A DNA stretch of 60,000 nt from Malacoraja senta (GCA_038087875.1 CM075989.1:11286001-11346000); one strand, 5' to 3'; numbered from the stretch's first letter, positions 26,118 to 39,894 are shown. Numbers and translations are program-made. Notes: generated from the sequence alone by a model not told the origin.

Positions 26118-27477
26118 CGCCCGCCCGCCGCCCGCCGCCCGCCTGCTCGGTCACGCCGTGGGATTGTGGGATTCTGGAGGTCCGGGTATTGTGGGAAGCC
26201 GGAGGTCTGAGTTGGGAGGACCTCGCTCTGCAACACCGACCCACATGGCGGCAGCAGCACGCAAACGTCCCTTCGGCCCATCGTGTCCACGCCAACCCTC
26301 TTGGCCATCTGCACTAATCCCCTTTACCTGCATTGGGTCCGTGTCCTTCTATCATTTTGAGTAAAAACACAGGCTGCTGGAGGCACTCAGCGGATCATGC
26401 AGCATCTAAGAACATTGTACAAACAGCGCAGGGAGTGGCCCTTGCTTCAACCCACATAATCCGAACACAATCTCCTACAGAATATAGATCTCGACCCAAA
26501 ACGTTGTCTGCCCATTTTCTCCTACAATCGCTACTCGACCTGCTGCGTTTCTCCAGCAGTAGACTTCATTTAAAAAAATTCAGTATACATACACAAACAC
26601 AATAAACAAACAATTATAGTGCAATAATAATAAGTCTATTGTAGTTCAGACCTTATTTGTTGTTTAATAGCCTGAAGGCTGAAGAGAAGAAGCTGTTCCT
26701 GAACCTGGACGTTACAGTTATCAGGCTCCTGTACCTTCTTCCCGATGGCAAGGGTGAAATGATGGTGTGGGTCTCTGATGATGTTGGCTGCCTTTTTGTT
26801 TCCATTTAACTTCCCAACGTGGAAATCTCAAAGTATGTCCTCTTTAAAGAAGTTATTCTCTTCAACGGGCGTTCTCTCATTGCCCCACCCCACCCTGTGA
26901 TTCATACGGATCTCTGGCCATGTTCTGACACAGACACTCTGAAAGAGGGTCCCCACCAAAAACATGTTAATTTCCCTCCAGTAATGCTGCCTAACACTCC
27001 TCCAGCAGTTTGTATTTTGTTCAATATTCCAACATTTGCATCTCTTGTGTCTTCTTGTACATCTTTCCTACTTAAGTGTCTGCATAAAGGCCTCTTGCAC
27101 ATATTGGATTCCATCACCTTATCTGGTAGTAAGTTAAGCTATCGCACATTATCTGTGTAATGTACTTACCCCTCACGTCCCCTTTAAAACTCCTTCCTCT
27201 CTTTAAACCCATGCCCTTTTGTTTCTGACAGCACTGTAGGCAAATCGTGCTGCCCATCTATCCCATATGTGCCTTATAATTTTATACACTTCTATCAGCC
27301 TCCTTTTCTCTGGAAAAAATGAATCCAGCCTATTCAATGTTTTTCTATTATTAAATAACCATCCAATGCCCATTCTGATGAATGTCTTCTGTGCAATCAC
27401 ATCCTTCCTATCGTGCGACGACCAGAAACGCACGTGATACTCTCTCATCTTATTAAACACTCTTATCTTATTGCACA

Positions 27478-28005
27478 GTAGAGAGCATGCTGACTGGTTG
27501 CATTGTGGCTTGTTCGGCAACTTGAGCGCCCTGGAGAGGAAAAGACTACAAAAAGTAGTAAACACTGCCCAGTCCATCATCGGCTCTGACCTTCCTTCCA
27601 TCGAGGGGATTTATTGCAGTCGCTGCCTCAAAAAGGCTGGCAGTATCATCAAAGGCCCACACCATCCTGGCCACACACTCATCTCCCTGCTACCTTCAGG
27701 TAGAAGGTACAGGAGCCTGAAGACTGCAACAACCAGGTTCAGGAATAGCTACTTCCCCACAGCCATCAGGCTATTAAACCTGGCTCGGACAAAACTCTGA
27801 TTATTAATAACCCATTATCTGTTATCTGCACTTTATCAGTTTATTTATTCATGTGTGTATATATTTATATTATAGTGTATGGACACACTGATCTGTTTTG
27901 TAGTAAATGCCTACTATGTTCTGTGTGCTGAAGCAAAGCAAGAATTTCATTGTCCTATCAGGGACACATGACAATAAACTCACTTGACTTGACACTTGAC
28001 TTGAC
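27478..28005 (+). mobile_element. Rex1-clade LINE 3' end
   Basis: RKRLQKVVNTAQSIIG...HPGH...LLPSGRRYRS...RFRNSYFP; AATAAA followed by a (cttga)n tail. Confidence 0.85.
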
Positions 28006-28429
28006 ACTCCTTTTGTAAAGGACGTGTGGGAATGAACTGCAGATGCTGGTTTACACTGAAGATAAACACAAAAAGCAGGTCAGGTACCATCTCTGGAGAA
28101 AAGGAATAGGTGATGTTACAGGTTGAGACCCTTCTGAAGAATAGGATCTGGTGCTATAAAAGGGATGTGGTCAAAAGATGGGCAGGACTAGGAACCCAAC
28201 AATCTTCAGGCATGGTGCAGAAGTGTAAATGTAATTAATTTGTTCTGAAGAAGGGTCTCAACCCAAAACATCACCTATTCCTTTTCTCCAGAGATGCTGC
28301 CTGAACCGTTGAGTTACTTCTTCTGTGAATGTCGCTAAACAGTATCTATGTACACAAGACTCTCATCCTTGTGCATTCTCATATTTACAATAAAAATGTG
28401 AACAATAACATATATTCAATGCTGACAGA

Positions 28430-28870
28430 CCATTCCGATGCCGTCTTTAAATTTCACCGATGGTACAACCGTTGTTGGACAAATAATGGGTAATGACGAG
28501 TCAGAGTACAGGAGGGAGATTGATAATCTGAGGGAATGCTGCCAATTGGACATTATTACTCCTGTTCTTCCCATGTCTGCTTGGATATCCTCCAGAATGT
28601 GGTTACTGTATAGGAAGGTGGTTTACTGTAGGTGAATTGATTTCCTCGTCCAGAGAGTGGCTATCAGTCACCGTTGATCCTAGGTAGGTGAATTGGATGA
28701 CAATTTTCTGCTGACTGGTGTTTAGGATGATTTCAGAGGGGAGTGGAGTGCCTTGACCCATGACAACAGTCATCCTAATACTGATTGCCAGTCGGTAATC
28801 ATTGCAAGCATGAGACAGTCTGTCCATCAGCCCCTGAAGTCCTTCTTCTGTTGGGGTGATGAGTGACCAA
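28430..28870. mobile_element. Fused Rex1 RT fragment (+) and RTE-clade RT fragment (-)
   Basis: FTDGTTVVGQ..NDESEYRREI on plus; EEGLQGLMDRLSHAC...FTYLGSTV...LDEEIN on minus. Confidence 0.75.
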
Positions 28871-29604
28871 TATGGTCCCGATGGTTCCTCTTCCTTCTCG
28901 GCGGCACGCCATTCCATAAGCAGTCTGACCTCCGGCACCTACCGAGGGCCCGTACTTGACACTTGTCTCGGAAGTCACTTCGGCTGTCGGGTTCATCCTT
29001 GTTCGTGGCCACTGCGGGCCAAGTCCAGTCTTGAGCGGCTTCAATTTTCTATCATTCAAGTCCACGGTGATCATCAATCTCGGCCATTTCCTGTCATCAG
29101 AAACCGACATGGTAAATGGAGACAAGAATGGCGTCTTGAAGATTCTTGATCCAAACCGTTGTCTGTCCAAACCCTCCACAGATGAAATGTCCTCTCGGAG
29201 TCCTCGACCGACCTCCGGCACCCAGCTTCAATCAATCTGGAGGAGATCCAGCGCCCTAAGAAATCCAACCAAGTTGTTCAACAGCTTCTCCAGCGCCAGG
29301 TGTGGAAGTTCGCAGAGAACGTGGAGCAAGATTGGGTCTTCAGGATCTTCAAGCATCTGACATGCAAGTCCATGATGATCGTCAATCTTGGCCATTTCCT
29401 GTCATCAGAAACTGACTTGGTAAATGGAGACAAGAATGGAGTCTTGAAGGGTCTCGATCCAAATGTCATCTGTCCATTTCCTCCACAGATGCTGCCTGAC
29501 CCGCTGAGTTCCTCCAGCAGTTTTCTGCTCCACCTTCGCTGACAGCCGAGCTCTAAAAACACATCTCTATCACGGTCTTGCACTGAGGGCACTTTACAGA
29601 GGAT

Positions 29605-32600
29605 CAGCTCCGCATTCCCAGTGACACCAGATCTTCCTCAGCAACACAGCAGGGTCAGGTGTGATGAAGCTTCTGCATGCCAGCCCTGGTCCATGGCCTT
29701 CTCTTCAGATATTGCCCTCTGGTCAATCACAGGAAACATGGCAAAGGTCGATGACTTCAGGAGGGGAAAGCCGATGATCCACAAACTTGTCTTCATTCAT
29801 GGGACAGTGGTGGAGAACGTTATGTTGCAAGTTCCTGGGTGTCCATGTCTCTGAAGATCTGTCCTGGATGTCCTCACACATCTCCTTAACCATATGGTCT
29901 CTGCTCAATCCTGTACAACTGGATCTTCAATTTCCTCATCAACAGACTACAATCTGCACAAACAGGCAACACCTCCTCCTCTATAACCAACACAGGACCA
30001 GCTCAAGGCTGTGTGCTCAGTCCCCTGCTCTATCACCAGGACTGCACAACCAGACCATTCCAATGCCTTCTTTAAATTTCACCAACGATACCATCGTTGG
30101 ACAAATGATGGGTAATGACGATCCGGAGTACAGGAGAGAGATTGATAATCTAAGGGAATGCTGCGTGCTGACATTTTGTTCTCAATGTCTTTTGGGGAAC
30201 TGAGTGCAGCATCATCAGCGGGCTGGAGTTCCCTTATAAGCACAGTTCTCACCTTCGTCTTGGCTTTCAACATTGCCACATTGAAGAGCATCCCATCACT
30301 TCTGGTTTGAAGATACATGTCTTCTGTGTCTGTTGGGAAGGCAAAGGACAGAAGGGCAGATCAGAAGATGCTGAACAACATGGGAGTTGGGACACAGACT
30401 TGTTTCACTCCACTTCTCATGGGGAAACTGTCTGATGTAGCTTCATCAATTTCCACTGTAGATGCATGTTCTCATGGAAGGAACTAGTGAGGTTTAGAAG
30501 ACGTGGTGGACATCTAATCTTCTCCAGTAGCTGGTAGAGGCCGTGTCTGCTGACAGAATCAAAAGCTTTTGTAAGATCCACAAAGATGATGAACAATGGG
30601 GTTTGCTGCTATTGACATTTTCTTGGATTTGACGCAGGAAGAAGATCATGTCCATTGTGAATCTATCTCCATGGAAACCGCATTGTGCCTCAGGTCAGCG
30701 AGTCTGTGCAGTCTTTGTAGGATCACTCTGGCAAAGGCCTTTCATGTAACACTCAGAATTCAGGTGTCCCTGTAGTTGGTGCACTCGATGTGATCCCCTT
30801 GTCCTTGTGCAGTGTGACGATGTTGGTGTTACGCGTCTGTTGAGGGACATCGCCCTCTCTCTGATGATTGTCAGTTGGTCTTTGTTGCGAGCTTGACACA
30901 GTCTGTCCATCAGCCCCTGAAGTCCTTCTTCTGTTGGGGTGATGAGTGACCAATGTGGTCCCAATGGTTCCTCTTCCTTCTTGGCGCCCCACCCCACCGC
31001 CCCCCAAACACGTCTGGTCCCTCTTTGTTTTCTCGGTGGCGCAACCTCGACCGACCTCTGGTGCCCGTCCTTGACCCTTGTTCTAGGCAGACACTTTGAC
31101 CACTGGGCTCGTCCTTGTTTGCGGCCACCGCCGGCCGAGTCCTGTCTTGACCGGCTCTGTGCCAGCGGCTGGGTCGACTCCAGCACGGCTGCCACCGCTC
31201 ACCGGGACGTTCCCTCAGCAAAACAGCAGGGTCGGGTGTGGATGAAGCTTCTGCGTGCCACCCCTGGTCCGTGGCCGTCTCTTCAGATCTTGTCCTTTGG
31301 TCAATTTCAGGAATGTGGCAGAGGTTGATGATCACTGTGGACTTGAATGGCAGAACATTGAAGATCCCAAAGGCCAATCTTACTCCATGTTATCCGTGAC
31401 TTTCCAAACCTGGCGCTGGAGAAGCTGTTGAGGAACAACTTGGTGGGACTTCTTGTGGCCCTGGATCTCCTCCAGATGGTGTGAAGGGGAAAACATGAAA
31501 CATCTGCTGACTATTGTGGTCGCCAGCTGTTTACGAGGAACTTTCTCTCCAAAGACTTGCAGGAAAATGTCACTGGGGCAGATGATGAGTCAGAGCCAGA
31601 AGAGTTTGACAAATTTCTTAAACACCGTGGATTCTCATGTGCAACAGATCGCTGCCAGTTGTACTTGGAAATGTTGACGATGAAATCCCAAATGCAGACG
31701 AGAGCGCGGGCGGGGAAGAGGTTGTAGCTCTTTCTAGTAGGCCTTTAAAAGGGCCTTTGTTGTGGGCCTTTAAAAGGGCCTTTGTTGGACGGAGTGTGAA
31801 ATTCTGGTGCGGTCCCCACCGATGTGGCTTCAAATCCGATGGTTTCACACGAACAGCACTCGGGTTCCAAACATCGATCTTCTGTTTTAATTTAGATTAG
31901 CTTAAGAAATTTGTCAAACTCGTCCAGTTCTGTCTCATCATCTGCCCCAGTGGCATTTTCCTGCAAGTCTTCGGAGGGAAAGTTCCTCGCAAAGAGCTGG
32001 CGACCACATCAGTCGGCAGATGTTACATGCTTTCTCCATCACACTGTCTGGAGGAGATCCTGGGCCACAAGAAGTCCCACCAAGATGTTCCACAACAGCT
32101 TCTCCAGCGCCAGGTGTGGAAGGTCGCGTAGAACATGGAGTAAGATTGGCCTTTGGCATCTTCAATGTTCTGTCATTCAAGTCCACTGTGATCGTCGACC
32201 TCTGTCTTGTCCCTGAGATTGACCAGAGGACAAGAATCCAGTCTTCACTGGCTCCATGCCGGCTGCCAGATCGGCTCCAGTAAGGCTGCGCGGTACTCTC
32301 CCGTGAGCGAGTCAGGTTCACCTGCTCCAGGTGTGGAAGGTTGCAGAGAACATGGAGCAAGGTTGGGTCTTTGGGATCTTCAAGGATCTGTCATTCAAGT
32401 CCACGGTGATCATCAAACTTGGCCATTTCCAGTCGTCAGAAACCGACCTGGTAAATGGAGACAAGAATGGAGTCTTGAAGGATCCCGATCCAAACGTCAT
32501 CTGTCCATTCCCTCCGCAGATGACGTGTTCTCTTGGCGGCGCGTCCTCGACCGATCTCCGGCACCCACTGACGGCCCGTCCTCGGCCAACCGCCAGCACT

Positions 32601-33004
32601 CAGACATCTGTCATGTTTGTCCCTTCAAACAATCTGGAGGATATCCAGGGCCACAAGAAATCCCACCAAGTTGTTCCTCAACAGCTTCTCCAGCTCCAGG
32701 TGTGAAAGATCGCAGAGAACGTGGAGCAAGATTGTGTCTTCAGGATCTTCAATCATCTGTCACTCCAATTCACGGTGATCATCAATCTTGGCCATTTCCT
32801 GTCATCATAATCCAACCTTGTAAATGGAGACAAGAATGGAGTCTTGAAGGGTCCCGATCCAAACATCGTCTGTCCATTCCCTTCACAGATGCTGCCTGAC
32901 CCGCTGAATTTCTCCAGCAGTTTTCTGCTCCAACTTTGCTGACAGCCGAGCTCTAAAAACACATATCCATCATGGTCTTCCACCGAGGGCAGTTTACAGA
33001 GGAT
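29605..33004 (+). repeat. Tandem segmental duplication unit A (about 3.4 kb)
   Basis: Near-identical to 35136-38158; a mosaic of Rex1/RTE fragments and orphan exon-like modules. Confidence 0.92.
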
Positions 33005-33014
33005 CAGCTCCGCA

Positions 33015-33043
33015 TTTTTTTTTTTTTTTTTTTTTTTTTTATT

Positions 33044-33076
<33 letters not shown>

Positions 33077-35135
33077 TTTTTAGAAGTACGGTAGATTACA
33101 GTAATGTACAACACGTATATATTAATACATTTTTTGTACCGCTTCGCTTTTTTAAACTTTAAGAAAGAAAAAGAAAGAAGTAAGAAAAGTGAAGAAAGTG
33201 CGCAAAGGTTGTGAAGTGCAAAAGAGTGTTGGGAAAAGAAAGCCCCTTAGAAAAGAAGTTAGAGAAGGAAGTAAAGTTAGAAAATAGACCCTAGAAAAAA
33301 AAGAGAAAGAAAGAAGGAACAATCGCTCTATTATAACTCTTATACCATACTTCATAGAGAAGGAACTACCAACCAAGTCTGTTTTTATTTTACCTCCCAT
33401 TACCAGGTCCAGATACCTTTTATTTATTTATTTGTTTTTCTAAATTACTATTGCACCTCATGCTTGTAATAGGTCCAAAAACGTAGACCACGTCTTTTGA
33501 AATTGATCTACTTTGCCTACTAGGAGGAATCTCATCTCTTCCAGATGTAATGTTTCCAACATATTTGATGTCCACATTTTTATTGTTGGTGTGGGCGCAT
33601 TTTTCCAGAATTTAAGTATAAGCTTTTTTCCCATTATTAGCCCATAATTGAGTAAATTCTTCTGATACACGTTTAATTCAGGAATACCTTCCGATATTCC
33701 AAAAATAATCCATTCTGGTTTTGGTACCAGTTTTATTTTGATTAATTTTGAAAAAATATCAAATATTTCAAACCAGAATTTTTGGATTTTTGTACAAAAA
33801 ACAAAAGAATGTGCTATGGTAGCTTCTTGACATATACATTTATCACAGATTGGTGAGACGTTAGGAAAGATTTTATTTAGTTTGGTTTTTGAATAATATA
33901 ATCTATGTAATGTTTTAAATTGGATAAGCGTATGTCGTACGTTGATCGAGCATTTATGCACCTGTAATAAATGATTATCCCAACTCTCTTTTGAAATTTT
34001 TATACCTAGATCTTGTTCCCAATCTCTTCTAATTCCATCTGTTGGGTATTTCTATATTTAAGATGATATTATATAAGTATGATATTAAATTAACTGATTC
34101 CGCCTTTGTCTTCATTGCTTCATCTAGTAAGTCGGAAGGCATATTATAATAATCTTTTGTGTGTGTTTTCAAATAGTCACAGATTTGTAGATATTTAAAA
34201 TATTGATTATTTTTCAAATTATATTTCAGTTGTAGTTGTTGGAATGATAGTAATTTTTCTAATTCATACAGATCTTCGAGCGTTTTAATTCCCATTCTTT
34301 CCCATTGTATAAATGCTTTATCTATGATTGAAGGTTTAAACGATGGGTTATTGACTATTGGTATTAAGAGAAGATAGGTTTCTTAATTTTAGATTCTGTT
34401 TTATTTGCTTCCATGTTCTAATAGTGCTATATATAATTGGATTTTTATTATAATTTTTATTATTCAAATTTATTGGAGAGAGAATAATCGCTCCTATATT
34501 ATTCGGGGAGCAATCCCCTTTTTCCATTATAATCCAGTCCACCTGCTGGGCAGAATTGTCCAGCAGGTGAATCATATTTTTAATATTTACTGCCCAGTTA
34601 TAATACATAAAGTTAGGGAGCGCTAGACCCCCCAACTCTTTTCGTTTGTTAAGGTGTGTTCTTTGTATTCTGTGGGATTTGTAATCCCATATAAAATTTG
34701 TAATGTCTGAGTCCAGTTTTTTGAAAAACTTTTTTGGGAGATATATAGGTATTGATTGAAATAGGTAAAGGATTTGTGGTAAGAAAATCATTTTTATAGC
34801 ATTTATCCTACCTATTAAGGACATCGGAAGTGTTTTCCAAAATTTAATCAGATTATTTAATTTCTTAAGTAGGGGATTATAATTAGCTTTAAACATATCA
34901 TGGTAATTTCTAGTAATCTCAATTCCTAAATATTTGAATTTTTCCATAGCTATTTTAAAAGGGAATTTCCTGAGATGTGTTGAGTCTTTTGGTTTAATCG
35001 ACATAATTTCACTTTTGTTCCAATTTATTCTATATCCTGAAAAGGATCCAAAGTCCTCAATTAAGTTTAATATATTTGGTATACTAATTTGTGGTTTTGT
35101 GATGTACAGTAGTACATCAATACAGTAGTACATCA
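33015..35135 (-). mobile_element. 5'-truncated L1-clade LINE (ORF2 RT C-terminal part and CCHC knuckle, frameshifted), poly(A) tail, TSD cagctccgcattt
   Basis: SGYRINWNKSE, FKYLG, GGLALPN, CDKC...HSFVFC; poly-T 33015-33074; TSD at 33005-33017 and 35136-35148. Confidence 0.93.
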
Positions 35136-38100
35136 CAGCTCCGCATTTCCAGTGACACCAGATCTTCCTCAGCAACACAGCTGGGTCAGCTGTGATGAAG
35201 CTTCTGCATGCCAGCCCTGGTCCATGGCCTTCTCTTCAGATATTGCCCTCTGGTCAATCACAGGAAACATGGCAAAGGTTGATGACTTCAGGAGGGGAAA
35301 GCCGATGATCCACAAACTTGTCTTCATTCATGGGACAGTGGTGGAGAACGTTATGTTGCAAGTTCCTGGGTGTCCATGTCTCTGAAGATCTGTCCTGGAT
35401 GCCCTCACACATCTCCTTAACCATATGGTCTCTGCTCAATCCTGTACAACTGGATCTTCAATTTCCTCATCAACAGACTACAATCTGCACAAACAGGCAA
35501 CACCTCCTCCTCTATAACCAACACAGGACCAGCTCAAGGCTGTGTGCTCAGTCCCCTGCTCTATCACCAGGACTGCACAGCCAGACCATTCCAATGCCTT
35601 CTTTAAATTTCACCAATGATACCATCGTTGGACAAATGATGGGTAATGACGATCCGGAGTACAGGAGAGAGATTGATAATCTAAGGGAATGCTGCGTGCT
35701 GACGTTTTGTTCTCAATGTCTTTTGGGAACTGAGTGCAGCATCATCAGCGGGCTGGAGTTCCCTTATAAGCACAGTTCTCACCTTCGTCTTGGCTTTCAA
35801 CATTGCCACATTGAAGAGCATCCCATCACTTCTGGTTTGAAGATACATGTCTTCTGTGTCTGTTGGGAAGGCAAAGGACAGAAGGGCAGATCAGAAGATG
35901 CTGAACAACATGGGAGTTGGGACACAGACTTGTTTCACTCCACTTCTCATGGGGAAACTGACTGATGTAGCTTCATCAATTTCCACTGTAGATGCATGTT
36001 CTCATGGAAGGAACTAGTGAGGTTTAGAAGACGTGGTGGACATCTAATCTTCTCCAGTAGCTGGTAGAGGCCGTGTCTGCTGACAGAATCAAAAGCTTTT
36101 GTAAGATCCACAAAGATGATGAACAATGGGGTTTGCTGCTATTGACATTTTCTTGGATTTGACGCAGGAAGAAGATCATGTTCATTGTGAATCTATCTCC
36201 ATGGAAACCGCATTGTGCCTCAGGTCAGCGAGTCTGTGCAGTCTTTGTAGGATCACTCTGGCAAAGGCCTTTCATGTAACACTCAGAATTCAGATGTCCC
36301 TGTAGTTGGTGCACTCGATGTGATCCCTTGTCCTTGTGCAGTGTGACGATGTTGGTATTACGCTTCTGTTGAGGGACATCGCCCTCTCTCTGATGATTGT
36401 CAGTTGGTCTTTGTTGCGAGCTTGACACAGTCTGTCCATCAGCCCCTGAAGTCCTTCTTCTGTTGGGGTGATGAGTGACCAATGTGGTCCCAATGGTTCC
36501 TCTTCCTTCTTGGCGCCCCACCCCACCGCCCCCCAAACACGTCTGGTCCCTCTTTGTTTTCTCGGTGGCGCAACCTCGACCGACCTCTGGTGCCCGTCCT
36601 TGACCCTTGTTCTAGGCAGACACTTTGACCACTGGGCTCGGTCCTTGTTTGCAGCCACCGCCGGCCGAGTCTGTCTTGACCGGCTCCGTGCCAGCGGCTG
36701 GGTCGACTCCAGCACGGCTGCCACCGCTCACCGGGACGTTCCCTCAGCAAAACAGCAGGGTCGGGTGTGATGAAGCTTCTGCGTGCCACCCCTGGTCCGT
36801 GGCGGTCTCTTCAGATCTTGTCCTTTGGTCAATTTCAGGAATGTGGCAGAGGTTGATGATCACTGTGGACTTGAATGGCAGAACATGAAGATCCCAAAGG
36901 CCAATCTTACTCCATGTTATCCGTGACTTTTCCAAACCTGGCGCTGGAGAAGCTGTTGAGGAACAACTTGGTGGGACTTCTTGTGGCCCTGGATCTCCTC
37001 CAGATGGTGTGAAGGGGAAAACATGAAACATCTGCTGACTATTGTGGTCGCCAGCTGTTTACGAGGAACTTTCTCTCCAAAGACTTGCAGGAAAATGTCA
37101 CTGGGGCAGATGATGAGTCAGAGCCAGAAGAGTTTGACAAATTTCTTAAACACCGTGGATTCTCATGTGCAACAGATCGCTGCCAGTTGTACTGGAAATG
37201 TTGACGATGAAATCCCAAATGCAGACGAGAGCGCGGGCGGGGAAGAGGCTAGTGGGCCTTTAAAAGGGCCTTTGTTGTGGGCCTTTAAAAGGGCCTTTGT
37301 TGGACGGAGTGTGAAATTCTGGTGCGGTCCCCACCGATGTGGCTTCAAATCCGATGGTTTCACACGAACAGCACTCGGGTTCCAAACATCGATCTTCTGT
37401 TTTAGTTTAGATTAGCTTAAGAAATTTGTCAAACTCGTCCAGTTCTGTCTCATCATCTGCCCCAGTGGCATTTTCCTGCAAGTCTTCGGAGGGAACGTTC
37501 CTCGCAAAGAGCTGGCGACCACATCAGTCGGCAGATGTTTCATGCTTTCTCCTTCACACTGTCTGGAGGAGATCCTGGGCGACAAGAAGTCCCACCAAGA
37601 TGTTCCACAACGGAGACAAGAATGGAGTCTTGAAGGATCCCGATCCAAACGTCATCTGTCCATTCCCTCCGCAGATGACGTGTTCTCTTGGCGGCGCGTC
37701 CTCGACCGATCACCGGCACCCACTGACGGCCCGTCCTCGGCCAACCGCCAGCACTCAGACATCTGTCATGTTTGTCCTTCAAACAATCTGGAGGATATCC
37801 AGGGCCACAAGAAATCCCACCAAGTTGTTCCTCAACAGCTTCTCCAGCTCCAGGAGTGAAAGATCGCAGAGAACGTGGAGCAAGATTGTGCCTTCAGGAT
37901 CTTCAATCATCTGTCACTCCAATTCACGGTGATCATCAATCTTGGCCATTTCCTGTCATCATAATCCAACCTTGTAAAAGGAGACAAGAATGGAGTCTTG
38001 AAGGGGCCCGATCCAAACATCGTCTGTCCATTCCCTTCACAGATGCTGCCTGACCCGCTGAGTTTCTCCAGCAGTTTTCTGCTCCAACTTCGCTGACAGC

Positions 38101-38158
38101 CGAGCTCTAAAAACACATATCCATCATGGTCTTCCACCGAGGGCAGTTTACAGAGGAT
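35136..38158 (+). repeat. Tandem segmental duplication unit B (about 3.0 kb); a diverged partial third unit follows to about 38720
   Basis: Colinear with unit A but lacks the about 360 bp corresponding to 32097-32456. Confidence 0.92.
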
Positions 38159-38925
38159 CAGCTCCGCATTTCCAGTGACACCAGATCTTCCTCAGCAACA
38201 CAGCAGAGTCAGCTGTGATGAAGCTTCTGCATGCCAGCCCTGTTCATGGCCGTCTCGTCAGTTATTGTCCTCTGGTCAATCACAGGAAACATTTCAGACG
38301 GTCGATGACCTCAGGAGGGAAAGCCGATAATCCACAAACTTGTCTTCATTCAGGGGACAGTGGTGGAGAACGTTATATTCCAAGTTCTTAGTTGTCCATA
38401 TCTCTGAAGATCTGTCCTGGGTCCAGCACATCAATGCAATCACACACAAAACCTATGACTATCTCTAAGCTTTCGTAACATCCACAAAGGAGATGAACAA
38501 TGGGGTTTGCTGCTCTTGACATTTTCCTTGTATTTGACGCAGGGAGATCATGTCCATTGTGGATCTACCTCCATGGAAACCGCATTGTGCCTCAGGTCAG
38601 CGTGTCCATGCAGTCTTTGCAGGATCACTCTGGCAAAGGCCTTTCCTGTAACATCCAGATGTCCCTGTAGTTGGTGCACTCTCTTCTTCCCGTGTGACGA
38701 TGTTGGTTGTTACGCGTGTGTTACTCAGAAACTGCTCAGTCCGTCACAGGTGATGATCTCTTCACCGTCAAGGGATTTACAGGAGATGCTACCTGCAAAA
38801 GGCAGCTAATATCAAAGACCCCACCCACCCTACCATTGTGAAAAGCCAACAGAAGCAGGAAACTGACCTCCATGTTTAAGAGCAGCTTCTTCCCAGTAAT
38901 TACAAGCTCTCGAACACTGGCACAA

Positions 38926-39505
38926 CTGCGACCGACCGACCTCGAGGCTCCGGAGGCAGAGCCAGGACTTACCAGCGCGGGGCTGGCCGGCTTCGGGGCC
39001 TGCGGTGTCGTTCCGGCGGTGGCGACCGAGGACACTGGTGGCGACCTGAATCCGGAGGCTCGGCCGCAGGCCCGGTGGACGACATCGTCGGGAGCTCGCA
39101 GGTCACAGGTGGGTGACCTGTTTTTCTGGGGCTCCCGCAACTACAGCTGCGACCGCTGGACTGGAGGGCGGCAGCTTCGGCCACCCCGGGCCGCGGAAGT
39201 TTGAACCGGCCCGTCGCGGACGGAGCACGGATTCAGCCGCGGGACTAACTTACCATCACCCGGCGGGGTCACAACGTCAGAAGCCTGGATCGCCTCAGCG
39301 CGGAGGGAGAACAAAGAGGGAAGAGACAGAGACTTTAAGACTTTTGCTTCCATCACAGTGAGGAAGTGCCTGGTGAACTCACTGTGGTGGATGTTAATTT
39401 GTGTTTATTGTGTGTTTTGTTATTTATTACATGTATGACTGCAGGCAACGAAATTTCGTTCAGACCGAAAGGTCTGAATGACAATAAAGGAATCTAAGTT
39501 CTAAC
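38926..39505 (+). mobile_element. GC-rich unclassified retroposon-like repeat ending in AATAAA and a short tandem tail
   Basis: Shares the cttccatcacagtg motif with 1-180 and (inverted) 55965-56010. Confidence 0.5.
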
Positions 39506-39894
39506 ATGAACACACAACGATGAGATATTATGGACTGCGTCTTTTGCTGCCCGACAGATATTTTTTACACTAGCAATTAATTATTAATTTCCTGGATTTT
39601 TATTTTATTAGTTATCTGTGTGTCATTGCACCATGCTCCCATTATTTTGTTCAGAAGCCCAAAAAACGTGACCTCCGGGTTCAGGAACAGCTTCTTCCCA
39701 GCAACCATCAGGCTCTTGAACACTGCCCAACACAAACCACATCCATGAACTGTGAAGCACCATGGACTGAGTCTTTGGTTGCATTACAGACATTTTTACA
39801 ATAATATCGTGAGTATAAATTTACTGAAATGTAAATTAATGCATTTTTCTGTTCTGCAATTACAGGCTTTGTTAATCTACAGCAAGAAATACAC

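Larger units (their letters stand above)
25600..26300 (-). promoter_or_regulatory. EIF3J CpG island and promoter, with two ZNF143/Staf-like sites (about 26155-26197) and a YY1-like motif (26243-26252)
   Basis: High GC and CpG density around exons 1-2; minus-strand TCCCACAATCCC and TTCCCACAATACC; plus-strand ACATGGCGGC; no TATA box seen. Confidence 0.7.

Noticed and set aside
25496..26317. Long overlapping ORFs (272 aa minus, 212 aa plus)
   Set aside because: By-product of the GC-rich CpG island; only EIF3J exons 1-2 are supported by splice sites and homology
31618..31848. Gypsy integrase-like GPFK motif
   Set aside because: Arises from a local ggcctttaaaagggcc duplication that is absent in the paralog near 46190; no other LTR-element features
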